A stretch of 64,000 nucleotides of DNA from an uncultured Candidatus Saccharibacteria bacterium (GCA_964577595.1 CAZNZK010000004.1:27294-91293); one strand, 5' to 3'. Shown: positions 18,535-27,985, counted from the stretch's first letter. The notes: generated from the letters alone by a model not told the origin. A program made the numbers and translations.

Positions 18535-18837
18535 ATGAAATCGTTCAAAGAAAAAGTCTACGCGCTCGCGCAAAAAATTCCAGCCGGAAAAGTGGCCACG
18601 TATGGTCAGCTTGCTACGATGGCGGGCAATTTCAAGGCGGCACGGGCAGTGGGGGCTCTCATGAGGCATAATCCCGACAATAAACTCGTTCCATGCCACC
18701 GCGTTGTAGCTGCGAATGGGGTATTAACAGGCTTCGCTTTTGGCGGCATCGTAGTTAAGAAGAAGAAACTTAAAAAGGAAGGAGTTGTTTTTAACGGCGA
18801 GCGCGTCAACGTGGCAATTTCTGGTTGGCGTCAATAA
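18535..18837 (+). CDS. MGMT-family protein (6-O-methylguanine-DNA methyltransferase DNA-binding/active-site domain)
   Basis: …VATYGQLATMAGNFKAARAVGALMRHNPDNKLVPCHRVVAANGVLTGFAFG… with the PCHRV active-site motif. Start at ATG 18535. Confidence 0.7.
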   Translation: MKSFKEKVYALAQKIPAGKVATYGQLATMAGNFKAARAVGALMRHNPDNKLVPCHRVVAANGVLTGFAFGGIVVKKKKLKKEGVVFNGERVNVAISGWRQ

Positions 18838-18897
18838 TTCCATATCGTTTTCAAAATGCCTGTTTTTTGCTACTATCAGGCTCGTAGCAAAGCATCT

Positions 18898-18969
18898 GGG
18901 CCTATAGTTTCAATGGTAAAACGACGGTCTCCAAAACCGCAGTTCCCCGTTCGAGTCGGGGTGGGCCCG
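18898..18969 (+). tRNA. tRNA-Trp (anticodon CCA)
   Basis: GGGCCTA acceptor, D-arm GTTT-CAATGGTA-AAAC, anticodon loop CTCCAAA, T-arm CCCCG-TTCGAGT-CGGGG, 3' TGGGCCC-G. Confidence 0.8.
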
Positions 18970-18984
18970 CAGTGAAGCACCACT
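18964..18984. repeat. Left copy of the 21-bp direct repeat ggcccgcagtgaagcaccact (last 6 nt of tRNA-Trp plus 15 nt downstream)
   Basis: Exact match to 22071..22091. Confidence 0.8.
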
Positions 18985-19184
18985 TTCAGTCCTGATAATT
19001 AATTTCTATGTCGCACGAGAGCGGCCGGAATCGTATTTCCGGACATTCCTTGCGCGTTATTGTAATTCAAAATATACTAGTCACATTGGAATTACATGTT
19101 TCTGAATTCGCATACACTTGAATTAGAGATAGTCTAATTCTAATCGATTTGAATTAAATTAACGCTAATTCTAATGCACTAAAT

Positions 19185-20318
19185 ATGGCTGAAAATAAGG
19201 CTAAAACACCATTTGATTTACCCAAACTTCCACCTTTAATTGATTATAAGGAGCTGGTTGAACATATAAGCTCTGCTCATGCGGCGTTGGCTCGGTTAGA
19301 TGAAATGCTTAAACACGTTAGCAACCCAGCTCTTATAGAAAGGACGTTTCTTACTCGCGAAGCTGTTTTGAGCTCTCAAATTGAGGGTACACAAGCAACT
19401 CTTGAAGAGGTTATGAAAAAAGAAGCGGAAGATGGAAAAAAGATTTCTGAAACGACGGAAAAAGCTCGCGATATTCAAGAAATCATTAATTATCGTGACG
19501 CTTTACGCGAAGGGGTGGAAATTATAAATCAAGGAGAATTTCTCGCGGAAAACAATGTTAAAAAACTCCACAGAATTCTTCTTGAATCGGTGCGTGGAAA
19601 AACCAGAGCGCCAGGTGAATTTAGACGAGAGCAAGTTTATATTGCACCGCCAGGAACTCCCATGTCGGAAGCCGGGTATATTCCTCCAGTACCACAAGAG
19701 GTTCCGGAGCTGTATGGAAATTTTGATAAATATCTCAATACTGCAACATCTGAAAGGGACGTGCTCGTGCAAATCGCAATTTCCCACTATCAATTTGAGG
19801 CAATTCACCCATTTAAAGATGGTAATGGCCGGATGGGGCGTCTGTTGATACCTTTGTTTTTGTATCAAAGGAAAATTATCGCTCGACCACTTATGTATAT
19901 TAGTCAATATTTTGAAGAACACCGACGGGATTATTACGACTTACTTGCGGATGTTAGCTATAAGGATGCTTGGATACCATGGCTACGTTTTTTTCTGAAC
20001 GGTTTAAAAGAACAAGCTCTGGATGCATGCCAATTGGCAGGTAAAATTATCACGCTCCGTGATGAGTATCAAAAACATCTCGCTGAATTTAATTCGACAT
20101 ATGCCTTTAATTTACTGGATGCTATCTTCGCCAGGCCAATTTTTACGGTTGTCAAAATTCAAGAAAGATCGGGAATCAAGGTTTACCAGACTCTATTAAA
20201 TTTGGTTGAAAAGTTTGTTGACGCGGGGATTTTGCAAGATTCCACTCCTGATAAAAAAAGAAATAAAATATATGAGTTCAAGCCCCTCCTAAAACTGTTG
20301 GAGAATAAAAAGGAGTAA
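19185..20318 (+). CDS. Fic family protein (AMPylase/Fido domain)
   Basis: Fic motif HPFKDGNGRMGRLLIPLFL, 377 aa. Confidence 0.85.
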   Translation: MAENKAKTPFDLPKLPPLIDYKELVEHISSAHAALARLDEMLKHVSNPALIERTFLTREAVLSSQIEGTQATLEEVMKKEAEDGKKISETTEKARDIQEIINYRDALREGVEIINQGEFLAENNVKKLHRILLESVRGKTRAPGEFRREQVYIAPPGTPMSEAGYIPPVPQEVPELYGNFDKYLNTATSERDVLVQIAISHYQFEAIHPFKDGNGRMGRLLIPLFLYQRKIIARPLMYISQYFEEHRRDYYDLLADVSYKDAWIPWLRFFLNGLKEQALDACQLAGKIITLRDEYQKHLAEFNSTYAFNLLDAIFARPIFTVVKIQERSGIKVYQTLLNLVEKFVDAGILQDSTPDKKRNKIYEFKPLLKLLENKKE

Positions 20319-20368
20319 ATAAACCAGGTGCTATCCGTGGATTTTCAGCTCAATTGTGGCTTAAAATA

Positions 20369-20397
20369 GTTCTAATACTGTCCCATACGGCCCGCAG
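20369..20397. repeat. Internal att-like repeat gttctaatactgtcccatacggcccgcag
   Basis: Matches 22051..22079 with 2 mismatches over 29 nt and shares the ggcccgcag core with the tRNA-Trp 3' end. Confidence 0.7.
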
Positions 20398-20491
20398 CAA
20401 GATAGTGTTTAATTGTGTGTAATGTAGTGATTTTATGAGGTAATGCATGGTCGTAAGCCGACCTCGTTTTACAGTAACTGAGGTTGAATAA

Positions 20492-21385
20492 ATGCCCTCA
20501 ATCTACTATAATTCGGGTATGGAAAAACCTAGTCTTGCGTCAGATGCGGCTCTCGCAAGCACACCAGTCGAAAAGGCGATTGAAAACGTGCACGCAGATG
20601 CTGAGGTGACTAAGGACACACGTCCTGACATGGATACCGAGGAAAAAATAACGCAGTTGTCTAAAAGTAAACTTGAATTAGGCTCAACAATTGATGATCT
20701 TGATTCAAGAATATCGCAACATACGCAATCATTACACAGTGTTCGGGCGGCGCTCGACTTGCCAGAGCGGGCTGTGACTAACGACCCCGGATCGGTTGAG
20801 CTTAAGGACTTGATTGATGCGAAGAAAAAAGCTGAAGATAAACTCGAAAAAAAAGATGCATCGTTGACTAGCGAAGAAATGAAAGCAGAAGATACTGAAC
20901 AAGAAAGATTGAACAACAAAAAGATACAAGAGGGCTTATATTACTGCTCTCAATCAACACAAAAATTTGCAAACACATTACACGAACGAGTTGAGAGTGG
21001 TTTTGATTCCCTTGTTGATGATCAAGGACTTTCTGCAATTGATATTGCAACTGGGGGTTTAGATCAGGTAGGTAGTGAAAAAGAGATTGACTCTGCTCAA
21101 TTGCAAAAAACAGTAAGTACGCTGTATCAAGGTTTAGATGCTTTTGGGCGAGCGGAATCTGACAATACCCATCCCGCCGATAGTGCCGAAAGTCTGGAGT
21201 CCATGGCTTATGCGTTGAAGTCACTGCACGAAGGTGTGGGTGTAGTAAAGAACGCACTCAGTGTGCAAGGAAAAAAGTATCTTGATTCAGTAAATATCCT
21301 GCAAAAAATAGAGGATGAGGTGATTCCGCCAAGATACGATTTTCTGGTCAGAAAAATCAATGTGCTTAATGAGTATTATAGATAA
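20492..21385 (+). CDS. Hypothetical acidic, predicted-helical protein
   Basis: 297 aa, rich in E/D/K. No recognisable motif. Confidence 0.45.
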   Translation: MPSIYYNSGMEKPSLASDAALASTPVEKAIENVHADAEVTKDTRPDMDTEEKITQLSKSKLELGSTIDDLDSRISQHTQSLHSVRAALDLPERAVTNDPGSVELKDLIDAKKKAEDKLEKKDASLTSEEMKAEDTEQERLNNKKIQEGLYYCSQSTQKFANTLHERVESGFDSLVDDQGLSAIDIATGGLDQVGSEKEIDSAQLQKTVSTLYQGLDAFGRAESDNTHPADSAESLESMAYALKSLHEGVGVVKNALSVQGKKYLDSVNILQKIEDEVIPPRYDFLVRKINVLNEYYR

Positions 21386-21416
21386 TATAGAGAGGCCACA
21401 ATAGTTTCTAAAGTGT

Positions 21417-21974
21417 ATGAAAATACTTGCCATATCGGATAGGCCGCCAAGAAAGGGATTGAAAGATTTGGTTGAAAAGGAAAACATAAAATTAATTATT
21501 ACACTCGGCGATCTTGAATATCTTCAACTAATTGAGCTTAATAATATTTCAATTCCCAAGATCGGAGTGTATGGGAATCATTGCTCAGGTAACTATTTTG
21601 ATGATCTGGGAATTAAAAATATGCACTTACAGACCTTTGGGTTTGGCGGATTAAGTTTTGGAGGATTTGAGGGGTCTCATAAATACAAAAATGATCCATA
21701 TGCAAAAATGTACACTCAAGACCAAGCAAGGGAACTATTGAAAGACTTCCCCCACGTCGACGTCTTTGTATCGCACTCTCCACCCAAGGGAATAAATGAC
21801 CAAGACGATCTCGCCCATGTTGGATTAGAAGCATTGAGGGTCTACGTCCAAGAAAAGAAGCCAAAATATTTTTTACACGGCCACACATATCCTAAACCAG
21901 GAGAAGAGGTTACGCATTTTGAATCGACGGAAATCATTTATGTTTACGGGGATAAAATAATAGATTTACATTGA
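21417..21974 (+). CDS. Metallophosphoesterase (calcineurin-like, YfcE-like)
   Basis: Motifs ISD…GD…GNHC…HSPP…GHTY in the usual order. Confidence 0.7.
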   Translation: MKILAISDRPPRKGLKDLVEKENIKLIITLGDLEYLQLIELNNISIPKIGVYGNHCSGNYFDDLGIKNMHLQTFGFGGLSFGGFEGSHKYKNDPYAKMYTQDQARELLKDFPHVDVFVSHSPPKGINDQDDLAHVGLEALRVYVQEKKPKYFLHGHTYPKPGEEVTHFESTEIIYVYGDKIIDLH

Positions 21975-22050
21975 CCATTAATATGCAAATTTCCGACTCA
22001 TACATATCTAAACTTTCCCCATAATTTGCGTATTATTTTTAAACAATTCC

Positions 22051-22091
22051 GTTCTAATGCCGTCCCATACGGCCCGCAGTGAAGCACCACT
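22051..22091. repeat. Right composite repeat: the att-like arm (22051..22079) fused to a 21-bp copy of the tRNA-Trp 3' flank (22071..22091)
   Basis: gttctaatgccgtcccatacggcccgcag + tgaagcaccact. Confidence 0.8.
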
Positions 22092-22111
22092 CGTGTAGTG
22101 TGCAAAAGGAT

Positions 22112-23056
22112 ATGAAAAAGGTATTCATTAGCAATTCTCCAATTCAGGGTAGGGGAGTATTTGCCGCAGAAAATCTAAAAAAGAATGAAAAAGTTTTCAT
22201 GGTGAAAGGGCCTGTAATTATCTATCCAACACTGCCAGACGGAAGAATTGGTTCAGATTGGATGCACGTAGGACACAATGCGTGGAAAATCGCATACCAT
22301 GGTAGTCCTTGGGTTTTTCTCAACCACTCTTGCCGGCCCAATGCTTTTTTAAAAAATAAGTCTGACGTCGTGGCCATAAGGCCGATTAAAAAAGGTACAG
22401 AAATAACGCTGGATTATTCTTTCACTGAAGGGGGTCAAAATTGGAAAATGAAATGTCGGTGTGGTCTGCCCGAATGCAGAAAACAGATTCGAAGTATACA
22501 ATCTTTGCCGGAAACATTATTTAGGAAATACCAAGAGTATGTGCCCTCTTTTTTACAAAAAGAGTATTTAAAGCAGAAGGTATATGTTGGAAAAATAAAA
22601 TCAGGCCGTACTGTTTTTGTAAAGCGGCTAATAAAGAAAGGGGAAATATTATTTACCGTAGAAGGGCCACGCATCAGATTCCGAAAACCTCCAAAAGATA
22701 GCATTGGTTTTAAGTGGCTTGGTATTAGTAAAAACGAATGGTGTATTCCATTCAGAACCAATCCTTGGTTTTATGTGAGGCATTCGTGTGATCCGAATGT
22801 TGGTCTAGTCGATAAAAATAATGTGGTAGCACTAAAAATTATTGAGGCAAATGAAGAGATAGTCGTCGATGATTCAATTACAGAAGCTCAGGCAACATGG
22901 AAGGTGAAGTGTCATTGTGGCTCTAAAAATTGCCGCGGTATTATTAGGTCCATTCAGTTTTTGCCTAAAAAACAGTTTAAAAAATATTTACCCTACATCC
23001 CCGACTATTTTCAGAAAATATACAAACTCTATGCCGCACAAGATGGGTCGGTTTAG
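22112..23056 (+). CDS. Protein with two tandem SET domains (putative protein-lysine methyltransferase)
   Basis: Two SET cores (…VFLNHSCRPNAF…TEITLDYSF… and …FYVRHSCDPNVGL…EEIVVDDSI…), each followed by a post-SET Cys cluster (CRCGLPECRKQIRS and CHCGSKNCRGIIRS). Confidence 0.7.
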   Translation: MKKVFISNSPIQGRGVFAAENLKKNEKVFMVKGPVIIYPTLPDGRIGSDWMHVGHNAWKIAYHGSPWVFLNHSCRPNAFLKNKSDVVAIRPIKKGTEITLDYSFTEGGQNWKMKCRCGLPECRKQIRSIQSLPETLFRKYQEYVPSFLQKEYLKQKVYVGKIKSGRTVFVKRLIKKGEILFTVEGPRIRFRKPPKDSIGFKWLGISKNEWCIPFRTNPWFYVRHSCDPNVGLVDKNNVVALKIIEANEEIVVDDSITEAQATWKVKCHCGSKNCRGIIRSIQFLPKKQFKKYLPYIPDYFQKIYKLYAAQDGSV

Positions 23057-23163
23057 ATGCTGAAAATAAACAAAACAGTCCACTCAAATTTATTGTTCTG
23101 ACACAAATAAAAGAAAACCGTATAAAAGATTATGTAAAATGCAATATCTAATCGCGAGATTGG

Positions 23164-23850
23164 TTATTTCATTGCAACTGCCGCCTGAAAATCGCCGAGG
23201 GTGGAAAAAGTGCCGTGGACTTTATTATTGATGATGAAAAAAGGCGGGGTAGTGGTGACAGGAATTTTCGGCAAGGAGAGAAGCGATTGCACGGCGGCGA
23301 AATCATTGGTGTAGTCAAAAGAATACACATAGGCTTGTGGATTTTGCTGTTTAACGGCGCCGAGAATATATTCTTGAGCAAGGCACTGGTCGCAGGATGC
23401 GTCGGGATAAAAGTAGAGGACAAAAAGTGGGCTACTGGTGGCGGAAATCGGTGTCGCGGTTTTTGGTGCCGGGTTTAGTGCGCGCTCCAAAAGGTAGGCC
23501 TTTATTTCCAACAGAGAAAAGTAGCGTTCCAAGCGGAAAAGATCGGGATTCTCGGGCCCGAGCTGGTCTTGCATGAAGGCAAGCTTGGCCTGGAGATCAT
23601 TCATGTTAGAGGCGATAACGGCGGCGGTGCTGGTGGCGGAAGCATTGGCACCACTGCGCAAAACTTGCGCGGCGGTGAGTTCGGATTGTGCTTGTAGGGA
23701 AAGAATCTGGGTGGCCACAGCATCTTCCTCGTTCTGGAGAGAAATAGTTTTTCTATAATTTAAATAGTTACTGACGAGCCAGGCGCCGAAGAAAAGCGCC
23801 AGCGTCGCCCCTAGTGTTAGGGCGTAGAGCCATATGGGGATTTTTTTCAT
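23164..23850 (-). CDS. Membrane-anchored hypothetical protein with a C-terminal CxxC (thioredoxin-like?) region; co-operonic with the GT2 gene
   Basis: N-terminal TM, predicted coiled-coil middle, …YFYPDASCDQCLAQEY…; 4-nt overlap with the upstream GT2 gene. Confidence 0.5.
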   Translation of the reverse strand: MKKIPIWLYALTLGATLALFFGAWLVSNYLNYRKTISLQNEEDAVATQILSLQAQSELTAAQVLRSGANASATSTAAVIASNMNDLQAKLAFMQDQLGPENPDLFRLERYFSLLEIKAYLLERALNPAPKTATPISATSSPLFVLYFYPDASCDQCLAQEYILGAVKQQNPQAYVYSFDYTNDFAAVQSLLSLPKIPVTTTPPFFIINNKVHGTFSTLGDFQAAVAMK

Positions 23851-25166
23851 AGCGAAGGAGAGTTGGAATTTTTCACCGTGACAACGGCGCGCTCTTTTTG
23901 CCAGCTGGGGGCGTGCGAGATGGCCGCATTATACACCGACTTTATAATCCACCATGGCGAGAGAAGCGGAAAGAGAATAAAGTAGAGAACGGTGGAGCGG
24001 CCAAAAAGTGTTTTCTCGCCGGCCAGGATGCGGGCCTCAATAATCATGCCAATCATCAAGAAGTAGACGACGGCGATAAGCAGAAAGTGAGCTTGGGTGC
24101 TCACAAAAAACCAGTTCCAGGCAAAGTGCGGTGCTTGCCAGCCCACCACGCGCATTTGCACGGAGAAGTGCCAGAGGCTCAAAATGAAGCGGTAGATAAT
24201 AAAAGCGACGGAAGAGACAACGCCGATAATCATTGCCACACCAATGGGGACGGTGAAGAGGGCGAGGTTGCCGTAGCGTGGGTTCAGGAGCATGTGGCGG
24301 TAATCGCGGACGTTGAGGAGGAAGCCAGAGGTCCAGCGCACTCGTTGGCGATAGAGCTTGGCGATGGTGGCGGGGCCGGCGGTATACACTATTGCATCAT
24401 GGACATTTTCAATGTGTAAATGGCTGGCCTGAATGCGAAAAGCCAATTCCATATCCTCGGTGTTATGGGCGTGCTGGAAGTAGCCGATTTTCGCGAAAAG
24501 ATCGCGACGGAAAAGCGAAAATGGCCCGGGCGTAACATAAATAGCGCCGATGCAAGCCTGGACTTTTTTAACGAGCATACCAACAAGGTATTCGGTGTAT
24601 TGGAGTACTTGGATAAGCGTCTTCGGTTTATAGATTTTCATACCCGGAGTGACGGCGGCAACCATCGCGCCTGGCGTGCCTAATGGGGCGCTAAGGTCGC
24701 CAAAAAATGGCACCATTTTTTTCAAGGCATCGGAGGCAACGAGCGAGTCGGCATCCAGGCAACCAACAATGTCGGTACTGGCGTGCTCTATTGCGTAATT
24801 GAGGGCGGTATATTTGCCACCGTTTTCTTTGCGGTGAATTTCAAGCATTGCATAGCGGCTTTGCAGGTTTTGTAAAACGCTCCAGGTGTTGTCGCGCGAG
24901 CCGTCGTCTACGGCAACAATGCGCAATTTTCCGGCAGGATATTTAAGCGCGGCTAGGGATTCAACGGTTTTACCCACCGTTTTTGCCTCGTTGTAGCAAG
25001 GAACGATAATGGTGACGGAAGGGTAGAGGGCTGGCTCCCGCTCGGCTTTGGCCCTGTCGTCGCGGATTTTGCGTCGATTAACGGTGTAGACAACCAGAAT
25101 AAAGACCTGAAAATAAAGGCCGACGAATAAAAAGCAGTAAAGGGCTATATTCTGGAGCGTTTCCAT
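23847..25166 (-). CDS. Family-2 processive glycosyltransferase (cellulose/chitin/PNAG/hyaluronan-synthase-like), membrane-integrated
   Basis: VTIIVPCYNEAKTV…VAVDDGSRDNT…DAD…QRVRWTSG (QxxRW) plus multiple C-terminal TM helices. Start placed at ATG 25166 (METLQNI…) so it does not run into pheS. Confidence 0.8.
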   Translation of the reverse strand: METLQNIALYCFLFVGLYFQVFILVVYTVNRRKIRDDRAKAEREPALYPSVTIIVPCYNEAKTVGKTVESLAALKYPAGKLRIVAVDDGSRDNTWSVLQNLQSRYAMLEIHRKENGGKYTALNYAIEHASTDIVGCLDADSLVASDALKKMVPFFGDLSAPLGTPGAMVAAVTPGMKIYKPKTLIQVLQYTEYLVGMLVKKVQACIGAIYVTPGPFSLFRRDLFAKIGYFQHAHNTEDMELAFRIQASHLHIENVHDAIVYTAGPATIAKLYRQRVRWTSGFLLNVRDYRHMLLNPRYGNLALFTVPIGVAMIIGVVSSVAFIIYRFILSLWHFSVQMRVVGWQAPHFAWNWFFVSTQAHFLLIAVVYFLMIGMIIEARILAGEKTLFGRSTVLYFILFPLLSPWWIIKSVYNAAISHAPSWQKERAVVTVKNSNSPSL

Positions 25167-25221
25167 GAAAAGTGTTGTGCAGTATAGCAAAAACAGGCGG
25201 TTTGAGCTATGATGGCTCATT

Positions 25222-26364
25222 ATGACTAGAAAGATTGTCATTGCCGACCCGCAGGAGGACGCTCTCGTCGCCGAGCTAGAAAAAAGAACCGATGTTAAGG
25301 CCGAGCGCGTAAAACGGCTTTTACGCTTGCCCGACTTAACGAAAAAAGCCAACTCGCCCGTAAAAATTCTTTTTGATCAAATAATTTCTTTGCCTCGCTT
25401 TAAAAATTTTGACCTCGTTGATTTTCCGCGGATAGTGACGGTGGAGCAAGATTTTGACCTCCTTAATACACCCGCCAACCATCCAAGCAGAAAAGAAACC
25501 GACACCTATTATGTGGACGAAAACCATGTACTCAGAACGCAAATGACCGTTATGTGGTCGTTTTATCTGAAAGACAAAGACATTTTGAAAAAACTGGAAA
25601 CCGAGGGCGAAATCGGGGCGCTTTCAACCGGTATCGTTTTTCGCAAGGACGAAATTGACCGCCACCACTACCCGGCGTTTCACCAAATTGACGGTCTCTA
25701 CGTGTGTAAGCGGTCAAAAAAAGTTATCACCCAGAAAGATCTGGAGGAGGTGCAGGTTGATATGGCCAAAAGCATTTTCGGCGACGCCATAGAATACAAA
25801 TTTCTGGTGGATACATTTCCGTTTACCGACCCTTCCGTGGAAATGGACATGAAATTCCGTGGCGAGTGGATGGAGGTCAACGGCGCTGGCTTGGTGCATC
25901 CGCAGGTGCTGAAAAATTTTGGCTTGGATCCGGAAATCTACAATGGCTGGGCTTTCGGTTTCGGCGACCGTTTGGCAATGGTAAAAATGGGCATTCCTGA
26001 CATTCGTATTTTATGGTCGGAGGATTCGCGTATCACCTCGCAATTCAAAGACATTAACAGCACGTTTAAAGAAATCAGCAAATATCCGGCCGTGGTGCGC
26101 GACATTTCTTTCGTTGTGGACAAAAGCGTCACGCTTAATAATTATTACGAAATTATCAGAGATGAGGCCGAAAATCTCATTGAAGAAGTGAAGCTTATAG
26201 ATACGTTTGAAAATGAGAAAAAATTCGGTCCCGGCAAAATTTCCCATACCTTCAGAATCACCTATCGGTCATTAGACAGAACGCTCACTAATGACGAAAT
26301 AAACCGCATCCACGATGCGATCGTGAAAAAAACCGAGAAAGAGTTGCAGGCGGTGGTGCGGTAA
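25222..26364 (+). CDS. pheS: Phenylalanine--tRNA ligase alpha subunit
   Basis: …FPFTDPSVEMDMKFRGEWMEVNGAGLVHPQVLKNFGLDPEIYNGWAFGFGDRLAMVKMGIPDIR… class II core. No pheT follows. Confidence 0.85.
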   Translation: MTRKIVIADPQEDALVAELEKRTDVKAERVKRLLRLPDLTKKANSPVKILFDQIISLPRFKNFDLVDFPRIVTVEQDFDLLNTPANHPSRKETDTYYVDENHVLRTQMTVMWSFYLKDKDILKKLETEGEIGALSTGIVFRKDEIDRHHYPAFHQIDGLYVCKRSKKVITQKDLEEVQVDMAKSIFGDAIEYKFLVDTFPFTDPSVEMDMKFRGEWMEVNGAGLVHPQVLKNFGLDPEIYNGWAFGFGDRLAMVKMGIPDIRILWSEDSRITSQFKDINSTFKEISKYPAVVRDISFVVDKSVTLNNYYEIIRDEAENLIEEVKLIDTFENEKKFGPGKISHTFRITYRSLDRTLTNDEINRIHDAIVKKTEKELQAVVR

Positions 26365-26381
26365 TATGTTAAAATAAAAAC

Positions 26382-27056
26382 ATGAATCCGGAAAAATTTT
26401 CACCGTCCGCTTCTCTCGGAGACTCCCCAAAACCTGTTAGCTTGTCTGCCGGTAAGCGTTTAGAAGCTCAGCTTTTTAAGGAACTGGAGTGCGGCTGGGA
26501 TGGCGAGAAATGGGTGGAGTTGGCCAAACATAATCACCGCGAGGCGCAAAAAGTTTTTAATGATTGGGTCAACCACAATAGCACCGGCAAAGTAGAAGCC
26601 GCGTTGATAGATTGGGTTAAGGAGCATCAACCTGAAGGCTGGGATCCACACGAGCCGCCCGTCATTAAATTTGTGGAGAAAAAAGGAAGCGCAGTTCGTG
26701 ATGTCCGAAGCGAAGCCCCTGGCAACCTGCACTACTTTGTCATGGAGCAGCTTGGCGTTGACGATTTGGGCGAGCTAGCTTTTTACACCAGTGCGGGAAC
26801 GCCCTTGGATACCCTCTACGGCATTGATGGTTTCTTTGAATGGCAGGGGATGCGGGTTACACTGGACATCACCAAGAATCGCGACAAACTTGAATATGGC
26901 CGGGCTCAGAAAAAAGCTAATGTTATTTTTACGCTGAACGATGTGGATGAAGACGGTTGGTTTCAAAAAATTCCCGAGAGTGATCTGCGTCTAGCAGCCA
27001 TGAAAATTGCCGATGAGTTTAAATTCAAGCAACGAGTTCGTCAGCAGGCGGCCTAA
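26382..27056 (+). CDS. Hypothetical protein
   Basis: 224-aa clean ORF. No motif recognised. Confidence 0.45.
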   Translation: MNPEKFSPSASLGDSPKPVSLSAGKRLEAQLFKELECGWDGEKWVELAKHNHREAQKVFNDWVNHNSTGKVEAALIDWVKEHQPEGWDPHEPPVIKFVEKKGSAVRDVRSEAPGNLHYFVMEQLGVDDLGELAFYTSAGTPLDTLYGIDGFFEWQGMRVTLDITKNRDKLEYGRAQKKANVIFTLNDVDEDGWFQKIPESDLRLAAMKIADEFKFKQRVRQQAA

Positions 27057-27126
27057 CTTGCTTTTTAACAATAACCGTGTTATTATAGAATTTAGTTGAT
27101 TTTGGAGGCTTTTTTAGGAGGAAACT

Positions 27127-27351
27127 CTGGAAAAGATTCAATACAGTATCAAGTGCCCGCGTTGTGGCGAGCGCACAGTGTCCGCAATGGAATTTTTAGA
27201 GCTGCTGCCCGCCGATGTTAAAACTCGGCTTTCGGTAGCGGTGGAAAGGAGGAAAGCCAAAGGAGTTCTGCTTGATCTGGAAACTCCGTGTGGCCGGTGT
27301 GAGCAACCCTTCCTTCGTTGGAAAGGCCAGCTTCTCATCCTTTCCGAGTGA
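27127..27351 (+). CDS. Possible small zinc-ribbon protein starting at a non-canonical CTG
   Basis: AGGAGG at 27115..27120, then 6 nt, then CTG. The ORF (L)EKIQYSIKCPRCGERTV…ETPCGRCEQPF… has CxxC…CxxC. An intrinsic terminator follows directly. Confidence 0.3.
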   Translation: MEKIQYSIKCPRCGERTVSAMEFLELLPADVKTRLSVAVERRKAKGVLLDLETPCGRCEQPFLRWKGQLLILSE

Positions 27352-27370
27352 GTTTGAACAATAGAACAGC

Positions 27371-27405
27371 AACCCGGCGATTGGCACGCCGGGTTTTCTT
27401 TTTGC
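27371..27405 (+). terminator. Rho-independent terminator (AACCCGGCG-ATTGGCA-CGCCGGGTT + TTTCTTTTT)
   Basis: Perfect 9-bp stem followed by a T-run. Confidence 0.6.
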
Positions 27406-27490
27406 AAAAAATGGAAAAATGGGGCCAGACCCCAATTAAAAAGCCCCACTTGGTGGTGGGGCCGGAAGTGCTCGTTGGGGTTCGGCGGGG

Positions 27491-27985
27491 CTAGGCAAAA
27501 TTCGTGGCTAGCCCGTGGTCAATTGCTTGGTTCATGTTGAGAACGAGACGGAGCTTGATGAGGTGAAGTGCTCCTACGGTGTTGAGGCGGTATCTGTCTG
27601 ATACGGTCGATTTCCTTGAGACGTCGGCAATCATCTCGGCAATTTGATAGTCCCACAACCTGGAACGATCGGTTTCGGTCATTTTATTTGAATCTTGCAA
27701 CTTCTCTTTAAGGGGAGTAAGACGTATTTCGCCTCGGTAGGCAATGAGTCGATCCTGGCCGGCAAGAAAGATTGGTAGAGCTGCCATATCCAGCTCTATA
27801 GGAGCGATGGTGCGCACGGCGATTTTTTCCTCGGTGACGCGTCGATAAAAATTTATAGCGGCCTGGGCGTTCTGTTCCCCGGTGCGTATGAATAGTTCGC
27901 TTTCCCGATTCAGTTGTAGCTGGTGGAGAAGGCTGTTCAGCTCGCGAGCGTTTGCGACTGCGGTGTAACTGCGAATACCAGACAT
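27491..27985 (-). CDS. Hypothetical protein
   Basis: 164-aa ORF. No motif recognised. Confidence 0.45.
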   Translation of the reverse strand: MSGIRSYTAVANARELNSLLHQLQLNRESELFIRTGEQNAQAAINFYRRVTEEKIAVRTIAPIELDMAALPIFLAGQDRLIAYRGEIRLTPLKEKLQDSNKMTETDRSRLWDYQIAEMIADVSRKSTVSDRYRLNTVGALHLIKLRLVLNMNQAIDHGLATNFA

